From Chthoniobacteraceae bacterium (GTDB lineage Bacteria; Verrucomicrobiota; Verrucomicrobiia; Chthoniobacterales; Chthoniobacteraceae), in NCBI GenBank assembly GCA_040081625.1, contig JBEBGD010000088.1:1-23766 (forward strand): DNA of 23,766 bases, in the 5' to 3' direction. Shown piece after piece: positions 16,229 to 23,766 of the stretch (positions within the stretch are counted from its first letter, which is position 1; every line of letters starts with the position of its first letter). The notes beneath the pieces are model-generated. The model made no database searches. It worked only from the letters and a program-made list of their open reading frames with translations, and was not told the DNA's origin. Both the position numbers and the translations under genes were made by a program.

Positions 16229-16939
16229 ATGAAGATCTTCATTCTGCTGCTGAGTCGCCAATCCCTCCGGAAGGGGCAGTTTTGTATTCTAGCGGCCGCC
16301 ACATGGCTGCTCATCACTCCGGGTTGCTCCCGCAAGCCGCTGCCGAAACCGGCTGCTGTCCCCGACGCGTCGCCGACACAGGCGTTGGCCGATCGTTCAG
16401 GCGCGGGCGACGCGCGAAGGCCCGCCCCGCTTCTTCCCGCGATGCGGATGGAGATAAAACCTGTCGCGCCCGATTCCAGCGGACTCCTTGAATTGCTCGG
16501 CCCGCCGACGACACCGGAGGCCGCCGCCAAACAAGCCGCCGAACTCGAACGCGACTTCAAGACGGAGCGCGATTTTGCCCCGCGGGTGGAGGCGATCTAC
16601 CGCCTCGCCGATGCGAGCTCCCTGCAATCGCGCGAGGTGCTGCGCGCCCTCTTTTTTGCTGAGACGGATCTCGACATGCGGGTGGAGATGGTCACCTCGC
16701 TCAGCTTTGTGGAAAGCGAGGATCTCAAGCCGTCGTTGCCCATCTTCCAGGAGGCGCTCAAGCCGACGCAGCCGCGCGAACTGCGCGAAGCCGCGCTCGA
16801 CACGATCCAGTCGCTCCACGATCCCCGGACGATTCCCCTGCTCCAGGTTCTGCTGGCTGACGAGGATCCCGAGCTTCGCGAAACGGCCATGCGGACCATT
16901 GAATATTTCCAGGAAGTGCTCGAGCGCGAGAGCCGGTAA
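16229..16939 (+). CDS. HEAT-repeat domain protein, probably exported or a lipoprotein
   Basis: Hydrophobic stretch ending LLITPGC (lipobox-like), Pro/Ala-rich linker, then HEAT-like repeats RVEAIYRLA, LREAALDTI, LLADEDPELRETAMRTI. Start is ATG 16229 or GTG 16199. Confidence 0.7.
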   Translation: MKIFILLLSRQSLRKGQFCILAAATWLLITPGCSRKPLPKPAAVPDASPTQALADRSGAGDARRPAPLLPAMRMEIKPVAPDSSGLLELLGPPTTPEAAAKQAAELERDFKTERDFAPRVEAIYRLADASSLQSREVLRALFFAETDLDMRVEMVTSLSFVESEDLKPSLPIFQEALKPTQPRELREAALDTIQSLHDPRTIPLLQVLLADEDPELRETAMRTIEYFQEVLERESR

Positions 16940-16997
16940 CGGCAAGCGGCTCCCGCGACCGGGCGCTTAAGCGACTGCTGAAATAGTCCTCAGCTTT

Positions 16998-17069
16998 CAC
17001 GGATGGACACAGATTCGTCCCGGCGATCCGTCCCGATACTCTGTGAAAATCGGTGCAATCTGCGGATAA
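16998..17069. repeat. Imperfect palindromic intergenic repeat with short internal periodicity
   Basis: CACGGATGGACACAGAT ... TCTGTGAAAATCGGTGCAATCTGCGGATA between convergent genes. The arms are partly complementary (CACAGA/TCTGTG). Confidence 0.5.
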
Positions 17070-17085
17070 CCACCGAGGCGTCGAG

Positions 17086-17964
17086 TTATTCGATGGGCGC
17101 TGAGCGGTTCGAGGGCACATCCCGCGACGGTCGCACGATGTCGGTCGCGAGGCCGAGAGCCGCCAGCAGGCGGATGCTGAGCCATGCCACGTCCAGTTCC
17201 CACCAGCGCCGCCCGTGCTTCGCGGAGCGAGGGTCGGCGTGATGATTGTTGTGCCATCCTTCACCATTGCTGACGATGCCGATGATCAGGTTGTTCCGGC
17301 TGTCGTCGTCCGTCTCGAAGTTGCGGTAGCCCCAGCGATGCGTCACCGAGTTCACCAGCCACGTGATGTGCCAGACGGCGACCGTCCGCACCCACACTCC
17401 CCAGACCACGATGCTCGCGCCGAACCCTGCCGCTTCGCCCGGCGGATTGCCAGTGAGCAGCGCGCCGCCAAATCCGGTCACAAAGAACGCCACCCAGGAA
17501 AGCAGCACGACGACGTAAGCGCCACCGCGCTCGAGCCAGACGTAGAACCGATCTCGCAGCACATCCGCCGCGTAGCGCGTCGTGACGACGTGGCGTTCCT
17601 CGCCGGGGCGCTCGAAGCAAAACCACCCCATGTGCGCCCACAGCAAGCCCGCGCCCGGACTATGCGGGTCCGCATCTTCGTCCGAGAATTGATGATGCCT
17701 TCGGTGCATCCCCACCCAAAAGGCCGGCGTTTCCTCGAGATTACAGACGCCCAGCGTCACGAGCGTGTGTTCCAGCCACTGCGGAGAGCGAAAGCCACGA
17801 TGCGTGAGCAGACGATGGTAGCCGATGTTGATGCCGAGCGTCCCAAACCCGTAGATGCCGAGCAGGCAAACAACGACTCCCGTCCAACTGAACAACTGCG
17901 GCAGCAAGGCAAGCAGCGCGACGAAGTGAAATGCAGCGACGGCGATGACGAAGCGCACCTTCAT
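17086..17964 (-). CDS. Membrane fatty-acid desaturase (delta-9, DesC/Ole1-like)
   Basis: Three His boxes GYHRLLTH, HRRHH, GEGWHNNHH; also DPHSP and WLVNSVTH. Start is ATG 17964, or GTG 18006 overlapping the PKS stop; the track start at 18081 is likely too far upstream. Confidence 0.93.
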   Translation of the reverse strand: MKVRFVIAVAAFHFVALLALLPQLFSWTGVVVCLLGIYGFGTLGINIGYHRLLTHRGFRSPQWLEHTLVTLGVCNLEETPAFWVGMHRRHHQFSDEDADPHSPGAGLLWAHMGWFCFERPGEERHVVTTRYAADVLRDRFYVWLERGGAYVVVLLSWVAFFVTGFGGALLTGNPPGEAAGFGASIVVWGVWVRTVAVWHITWLVNSVTHRWGYRNFETDDDSRNNLIIGIVSNGEGWHNNHHADPRSAKHGRRWWELDVAWLSIRLLAALGLATDIVRPSRDVPSNRSAPIE

Positions 17965-17998
17965 GCGCGGTCGCTCTCTCCCGGCAGTGGAAGCGGCC

Positions 17999-20900
17999 CT
18001 ACCCACGGCTAGCCGGGTCCTTTCGATATCCCCAACGCTCGAACACGGGTGCCAGTGCCGCGCGGACGGAGCTTCGCTCATCGTCCGTCAGGCCGAGCCG
18101 ATTCTTCTCGTGCGTGCCGATTCTCTCCAGATACGAGGTGAAGTGCGCGGACGCCGCGTCGAACCCGGGCAACTCCAACTGCCGGTAAATCGTCTCGATC
18201 GTCGCGAGCGGATTCGCCTCCAGATCATCGAGGCGAATCTCGATCAACTCGCGCTCGGAGAAGCCGCGGCTCTGCTCGAAATACGCGCTCATCAGATCCG
18301 CGTAGTTGGCGAGGACGGTGTCGCGCAACTTCGCAGTGTCGCCCTCCTGCAGCGCCCACACGCTTTGCAACTTGCGGTGGAGGAAAAGAGTCGAGGCGAA
18401 CACCTCCTCCGGATGCCTGTGAAGGTGGATGAATTTCGCGCCGGGGAACCGCGCCCGCAGCTCCGAGATGCGCGCGGTATTGGCCGGGTTCTTGAGGAGC
18501 AGACGCCGCCCCGATTGCGCAAACTGGACCTTCTTCAAAAACGCGACGTAGGTGCTCCACCATCCCTCCACCTCCTCAGGCGCGACGCCCTCGAAATGAA
18601 CCGCCCTCCGGTAAATCCGCCTGCCCGCGCGCGGGAAAAAGAATGCGTGAAAGAACGAGCAGGATGCCGACGAGGCCATCGCCATCTCCTCCTCTTCCGG
18701 AAAACCCTGCGCCACCTCGATGGCGTCCATCGGGCGGCGCTTCGGAAGCAGCACCGCGAGCAGCAGCCGATGAAATGTGGTGATGAAGTCCGACGGGAAT
18801 GTCGCCTGGAGCAGCGTGACAAAGCCGAATTGAGGATCCTGACTCAACAGCCGGTGCAGATGCGTGGTGCCGCTCCGCCAGTGTCCGATGATGAAGACCG
18901 GCTCGAGCGGAACGGATCGCTTCGCCAACTTCTTCGCCAGCCACGACCCGGCGATGTGAAACGGCGTCCAGGCGACGGAAGCCCAAAGAATGTTGAACGT
19001 CCGAAACCAAAACCGAAGCCCGGCGTCCGGCGCGCCATACTCGCGGAAGCAATCGAAGACGTAGCCCGGCCGGGAAGCTTGCAGCGGGTGCGGAATCCCG
19101 CGCGGCCGACTGGGACTCGCAAGGGACCAGTGCGGTAGCGTCGCGCTCTCCCGCGGGGGAAGGACCGGCTCGATCTCATCGGGAGCGCTCTCGACGATGG
19201 GAGCAGTTTCCGCTGGCGCCGGCGCCGCATCCGATTCCTCCGTGGGCTTTCGCAAGTGAGCAAGGAAGCGCTCGGCGAGCAAACCCGCGGTGAGATCAGC
19301 ACTGAAAAGGTTCATCGGCATTTCCACTCCCGCCTGACTTTCGATCCGCGCTTTCAGCTCGACGCCCATGAGCGAATCCATGCCGAATTGCACGAGCGGC
19401 TTCGCCGCGTCGATGTCGCCCTGCGGCAGACCGAGCGTGGCGGCGAGCTGGCCGCAGATCATCTCCGAGACCGCCGCGAGCTGCTCCCCTTCCGGCAGGC
19501 TGAGGATTCCCTTTCGCCACTCGCTCGCGACGCGCTTGCGGGTGCCGTCAGCTCTGCCCGCGCTCACGAGATCGCGGATGAGCGGCGACTGTTTGAACTT
19601 CGAACTCGTCAGGCCGAGCCGATCCCAATCCACATCCATCACTCCGACCTGCGACTCGGAACCCCCGATCAGCAGCGCCAATCTCGCGAGTGCATCGTTC
19701 GAGGACATTCCGCGCACGCCGATGCTGTCCAGATACCGACCCAGCTCGGGCCGTCGCGCGATCGTGCCCACATCCGCGATCTGGCCCCAATTCACCGTCA
19801 GTCCGGGCCGCCCGGCACGACGGCGGAAATGTGCGAGCGCGTCGAGATACGCGTTCGCCGCCGCGTAATTCGCCTGCCCAAGCGAGCCGAGGAGCGAGGC
19901 GATCGAGGAGAACATCACGAAACAATCGAGCGGCAACTCACCGGTCTGCTCGTGCAGGTTCCAAGCGCCGGCGATTTTCGGCGCGAGCACGGCATCGAGA
20001 TCCCCGACCGTCATCGTCTCGAGCGTGCGATCGCGAATGACCGCGGCTGCGTGAAAAACACCGCGCAAAGGCGGCGCGGAATTCGCCAGCTTCCGCATCG
20101 CGTCGGCCAATGCCGCGGGATCCGAGACATCGGCTGCCAGCATCGTGATGGATACGCCCTGCGCGCGCAGATCCTCGACGAAGGGAGCGTCCTCGGGCGA
20201 CGGCTTGCCGCTCGTGCTCAACAACGCGAGGTGGCCGGCTCCGCGTTCCGCCAGCCAGCGCGCGGTGGCCAGGCCGAATCCGCTGAGGCCGCCCGTCACG
20301 AGATAGGTCGCATCCCTTTTCGGCCAAAACTCCGCCGGGACTTCCGGAGGCGCGCCGCCAAACTCGACGACGATTTTCCCGATGTGCTGCGCGCCCTGCA
20401 TCAAGCGGAACGCGGAAATCGTATCGCCCGCGGGAATGGTCGTGGAGCGAATCGGCTCAAGCATCCCCGGTGCAAACGCCTCCGCGAAGAAGCGCCGCAA
20501 CGCCGGCCATTCATCGCCGCGCGACGAGATCACCGCGCCGAGATCAAACGCGGAGAACGTGAGCGAGCGCTGAAATGCGGCGAGCGGAAGCGCGCGATTT
20601 TCGAAGAGGTCGCGCTTCCCAATCTCCACGAAGCGCCCACAAGGCGCGCACACTTCGAGGCTCTTTTGCTGGAAGGCGCCTGCCAGCGAATTGAGAACGA
20701 CATCGACCCCGCGGCCTCCCGTTTGCCGCAGCGTTTCCTCCGCGAAATCGAGCGTGCGTGAATCCATGACATGCGCCACGCCAAGCGAGCGGAGGTAATC
20801 CCGCTTCTCTTCGCTGCCCGCCGTCGCGAAAACCACCGCGCCGATCTGCCGCGCGAGATGAACCGCCGCGAGCCCCACTCCGCCAGCCGCCGCGTGAATC

Positions 20901-23766
20901 AGCACGGTCTCTCCCGCGCGCAGTCGCGCGAGCGAGTGCAACGCGTGGTGCGCGGTGCCGAACACCACCGGGATCGAAGCGGCCTCCGCATCGCTCAAGT
21001 GCGCGGGAGTTTTCCACACGGCCTCCGCGGGAATGAGCAGGTGCGAACCGAATGCTCCGCCCCTCGGCGCGATGCCCATCACGCGATCTCCCGGCGCGAA
21101 GTCTTTCACGCCGGTGCCGATCCGCGCGACGCGACCGCTGAACTCGTCGCCCAACGTCGCGCGCTCACCGCTCTTCAGCGGATAGATGCCGAGCACCTTC
21201 ATCAGGTCGCGGAAGTTCAACCCCGCGGCGGCGATCGCCACCTCGACCTCTCCTGCTCCCGGCGCAGGCCGCGAGCGACCGCGGAAGTGGAGCGAGTCCG
21301 GCCGGCCGGTCTGTCCGATCTCCAATGCGAACGCGGGCGGTGGCGTCGAGCCGGAGACGGCCTCCGGCTGGAAAGCGCGCAGACGCCGAACGTCGCGACC
21401 ATCCGCGCGCAAGGTCACTTCCGGTTCGGCATCAGTCGCGAAGAGTTCATCGACCAGGGCTTCCGCCGGCGCGACTTCGGCGCAATTCACCAGCGTCACG
21501 TTCCAGTCCGGCTTCTCCGTCTGGAGCGTTCGCACAAAGCCCCACACGGCTGCCGCACGCGGCGAAACTTCGCCGGGCTGCGCCTGCTGTGTGACGACCA
21601 GCCAGCGCGCCGACCGTCCCCCGGGTTCGATCGCCATCCTCGTCTGGACGAGCGCCAGCAGCGTCGCACAGGTCCCGGACGGACTCGCTCCGAAGTCATC
21701 GCGCAGCATCAAAATCACGCGCGACGGAAGCGGACCCGCCGCTGCGAAATCATCCCACAATCGTGACGCTGCGGTAATGAGGGCCATCGTTGCCGCGATG
21801 CCGCGCCCGCGCAGCGCCGCGACCAACGCTGAACCCGCGTCCTTTCGATCCGCGAGGATCAACACGCGATCATCAGCGCCGATCAACGCGATCTGGCGTG
21901 GCAACGATTCGGCAGGTTCCCACGCGAGCTTGAAATACTTCCGCTCACTCGCCGCGCGGTTCCTCTCGATTCGCCGCACGGACATTCCGTTGACCCGCGC
22001 GAGCAGCAAGCCGCCCTGATCGTAGATCGTGACGTCGCCGGTCGCTTGAGATCGGTCGGCCTCGCGCCTGCGCACATGACTCCAGACCTTCCCCGGCAAA
22101 AACGCGAACACCTGCACCTGCGCGATCGCCACGACGACCGCCTGCGAGTCGAGCCCGAGCCCGCGAACGACCCCGGCCCAAGGATGGAAGCAACTGTCGA
22201 GCAGCGGAGGAAAGAGAACGTAATCGCGCGAATCAGCGTCGGCGGCGACTTCGCCCAGCGCCTCGCCCTCGCGCAGCCGCAGCGATTCGAGTCCCTGAAA
22301 CGCCGGGCCGAAATCCTGCCCGACGGTCGCCGCTTCCCGATAAAGATCAGTCGGATCCTGCGTGTCATGGAATTCCGCCGAGAGCGCCGCGAGATCGGCA
22401 GGCGGTGGCGCGTGCAATCGGCCCGGGCGGAAAATTCCTTCGGCGTGCAAGACCCACGCGCCCGGATCGTCCGGGGGCGCGGAGAAAATCTGGAACGTGC
22501 TCGTGCGCGCGTCGAGGCGCACCGATGTCGGCACGGGCTGTTCGTCCGGGAGGATGAGCATTCGGTGAAAACGGATGTCTTCGAGCAGGATCGTCGGCTC
22601 CCCGAGCAGCTCCCGCACTGCCGCCGCCGCCATCTCGACGTAGGCCGCGGCTGGAAGCACTGCGGAACCGCCGAGCCGGTGTTCCGCCAGCCACGGCACG
22701 AGGCGCGCATCGAGATGATTCAACCACGACGGTTGCGGATCCGGCCGCCGGTCGCCGAGCAGCGGGTGCGATGGCGGGCGGCGCAATGCACCAGCGACCT
22801 CCGGATTCTCCGACCAGAAACGCTGTCGCTGCCACGGATAGGCGGGGAGATTCACCCGCCGCGAAGGCCGCGAGTAGAGCGCCTCCCACCGGACCTGCGC
22901 TCCGCTGCGATAAAGCGTCGCGAGCGCGCGGAGCATTGTCGCCCGCTCGTCCTGTTCGCGCCGGAGCGACGCAGCGATCGTGGCTGTCGCCTGTGTTGCG
23001 AGTATCGATTCCGTCAACGCGGAGGCCATGACCGGGTGCGGTCCGATTTCGACGAAGACATTGAAACCGCGACCGAGCAGATGGTCGATCGCAGCGCCGA
23101 AGCGCACGGGCTGCCGGACATTGCGCCACCAGTAATCCGCATCCATGCCGGTTCCGCGCTGCGGCTGGCCGGTCACAGTCGAGATCAGCGGCACGCGCTC
23201 CTTGCGCCCCGCGATGCTCCCCAGTTCGTGCCGCAACTCTCCCTCGATCGTATCCATCCGCGCGCTGTGAAACGGGTAGTCGGTGTTGAGGAATCGGTGA
23301 AACACGTCCCGCTCCGCCAACGCCAGCGCGATCTCGTCCAGTGCCGCGGAGTCTCCGGAAAGCGTGACCTGGCGCGGTGAATTGAAGGCGGCGATCGAGA
23401 TGGCGCCGCCGGATTTCTGCTCCCACTCCTGCGCGTCGTCGTGCGTCATCGCGGCGGCGAGCATCCGGCCCATGCCGCGCATTTTTTCCTGCAATCGACT
23501 GCGCGCGATGATCACGCGGAAGATCGAGTCGAGGTCGTAGCTTCCCGAGGCCCACGCCGCCGCGGTCTCGCCGACGCTGTGCCCGAGCACGGCGTCGGCC
23601 TCGATTCCCCACGAGCGCCAAAGCTCGACGAGACCCGCCTGGAGCGTGAACAAAGCCGGCTGCGTGATCTCCGTGCGATCGAGCTTTGAGGACCCTTCGC
23701 TGGCGAGCAGAGCGTCGAGCAACTTCGGCCCGCCGCGCGCGCGGCACACCGCATCGCAGCGCTCCC
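17999..23766 (-). CDS. Reducing type I PKS, 3' part: AT-DH-(structural KR)-ER-KR-ACP-sulfotransferase; 5' end (KS) outside the window
   Basis: The frame is open to the window end (...ERCDAVCRARGG). AT GHSVG and YPFHS (~22900-23766). DH HRLGGSAVLP and DSCFH (~21960-22770). ER LNFRD and LIHAAAGGVG (~20370-21330). KR TGGLSGFG, HAAAVIRD, YAAAN (~19640-20320). ACP GMDSL (~19260-19500). Sulfotransferase PVFIIGHWRSGTTHLH, LLKNP, FPGAKFIHLHRHP (~18010-19090). Confidence 0.95.
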   Translation of the reverse strand, partial: ERCDAVCRARGGPKLLDALLASEGSSKLDRTEITQPALFTLQAGLVELWRSWGIEADAVLGHSVGETAAAWASGSYDLDSIFRVIIARSRLQEKMRGMGRMLAAAMTHDDAQEWEQKSGGAISIAAFNSPRQVTLSGDSAALDEIALALAERDVFHRFLNTDYPFHSARMDTIEGELRHELGSIAGRKERVPLISTVTGQPQRGTGMDADYWWRNVRQPVRFGAAIDHLLGRGFNVFVEIGPHPVMASALTESILATQATATIAASLRREQDERATMLRALATLYRSGAQVRWEALYSRPSRRVNLPAYPWQRQRFWSENPEVAGALRRPPSHPLLGDRRPDPQPSWLNHLDARLVPWLAEHRLGGSAVLPAAAYVEMAAAAVRELLGEPTILLEDIRFHRMLILPDEQPVPTSVRLDARTSTFQIFSAPPDDPGAWVLHAEGIFRPGRLHAPPPADLAALSAEFHDTQDPTDLYREAATVGQDFGPAFQGLESLRLREGEALGEVAADADSRDYVLFPPLLDSCFHPWAGVVRGLGLDSQAVVVAIAQVQVFAFLPGKVWSHVRRREADRSQATGDVTIYDQGGLLLARVNGMSVRRIERNRAASERKYFKLAWEPAESLPRQIALIGADDRVLILADRKDAGSALVAALRGRGIAATMALITAASRLWDDFAAAGPLPSRVILMLRDDFGASPSGTCATLLALVQTRMAIEPGGRSARWLVVTQQAQPGEVSPRAAAVWGFVRTLQTEKPDWNVTLVNCAEVAPAEALVDELFATDAEPEVTLRADGRDVRRLRAFQPEAVSGSTPPPAFALEIGQTGRPDSLHFRGRSRPAPGAGEVEVAIAAAGLNFRDLMKVLGIYPLKSGERATLGDEFSGRVARIGTGVKDFAPGDRVMGIAPRGGAFGSHLLIPAEAVWKTPAHLSDAEAASIPVVFGTAHHALHSLARLRAGETVLIHAAAGGVGLAAVHLARQIGAVVFATAGSEEKRDYLRSLGVAHVMDSRTLDFAEETLRQTGGRGVDVVLNSLAGAFQQKSLEVCAPCGRFVEIGKRDLFENRALPLAAFQRSLTFSAFDLGAVISSRGDEWPALRRFFAEAFAPGMLEPIRSTTIPAGDTISAFRLMQGAQHIGKIVVEFGGAPPEVPAEFWPKRDATYLVTGGLSGFGLATARWLAERGAGHLALLSTSGKPSPEDAPFVEDLRAQGVSITMLAADVSDPAALADAMRKLANSAPPLRGVFHAAAVIRDRTLETMTVGDLDAVLAPKIAGAWNLHEQTGELPLDCFVMFSSIASLLGSLGQANYAAANAYLDALAHFRRRAGRPGLTVNWGQIADVGTIARRPELGRYLDSIGVRGMSSNDALARLALLIGGSESQVGVMDVDWDRLGLTSSKFKQSPLIRDLVSAGRADGTRKRVASEWRKGILSLPEGEQLAAVSEMICGQLAATLGLPQGDIDAAKPLVQFGMDSLMGVELKARIESQAGVEMPMNLFSADLTAGLLAERFLAHLRKPTEESDAAPAPAETAPIVESAPDEIEPVLPPRESATLPHWSLASPSRPRGIPHPLQASRPGYVFDCFREYGAPDAGLRFWFRTFNILWASVAWTPFHIAGSWLAKKLAKRSVPLEPVFIIGHWRSGTTHLHRLLSQDPQFGFVTLLQATFPSDFITTFHRLLLAVLLPKRRPMDAIEVAQGFPEEEEMAMASSASCSFFHAFFFPRAGRRIYRRAVHFEGVAPEEVEGWWSTYVAFLKKVQFAQSGRRLLLKNPANTARISELRARFPGAKFIHLHRHPEEVFASTLFLHRKLQSVWALQEGDTAKLRDTVLANYADLMSAYFEQSRGFSERELIEIRLDDLEANPLATIETIYRQLELPGFDAASAHFTSYLERIGTHEKNRLGLTDDERSSVRAALAPVFERWGYRKDPASRG

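Noticed and set aside
17999..23766. CurM/Ols-type olefin synthase
   Set aside because: No thioesterase follows the sulfotransferase, and DH and ER domains are present, unlike the KR-ACP-ST-TE module.
1..23766. CRISPR array, tRNA/rRNA, transposase, integrase or phage genes
   Set aside because: No regularly spaced direct repeats, RNA gene signatures or mobile-element protein motifs were seen.

Overview
GC-rich bacterial window; gene content and repeat style suggest a PVC-type organism such as Verrucomicrobiota, but this is inference only. It holds two unrelated loci. (1) 1-7665: a carbohydrate/sugar-acid catabolic locus. A GntR-LacI hybrid regulator and a sialate O-acetylesterase-like gene (cut by the window edge) lie on the - strand. 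Divergent from them is a translationally coupled operon: secreted two-domain beta-propeller/Asp-box protein, amidohydrolase, 3-hydroxyacyl-CoA dehydrogenase-like, Gfo/Idh/MocA and SDR. The Gfo/Idh/MocA gene carries an in-frame GTAG-type REP doublet. (2) 8985-23766: a candidate undescribed lipid biosynthesis system. A tightly coupled + strand operon encodes a PLP alpha-oxoamine synthase (SPT/AONS family), FabZ-like dehydratase, Cys-retaining PksF-like ketosynthase, FabL-like enoyl reductase, AcpK-like ACP, a catalytically dead SDR paralog and a PlsC-type acyltransferase. It faces a - strand reducing type I PKS (AT-DH-ER-KR-ACP, 5' end outside the window) that ends in a fused sulfotransferase with no thioesterase and is followed by a membrane fatty-acid desaturase. 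Between them lie an orphan ABC permease, a secreted hypothetical protein and a HEAT-repeat protein. Best hypothesis (inference): synthesis of a sulfated, unsaturated, acylated amino-/sphingoid-like lipid. Family assignments come from motif reading and recall; no database searches were run.
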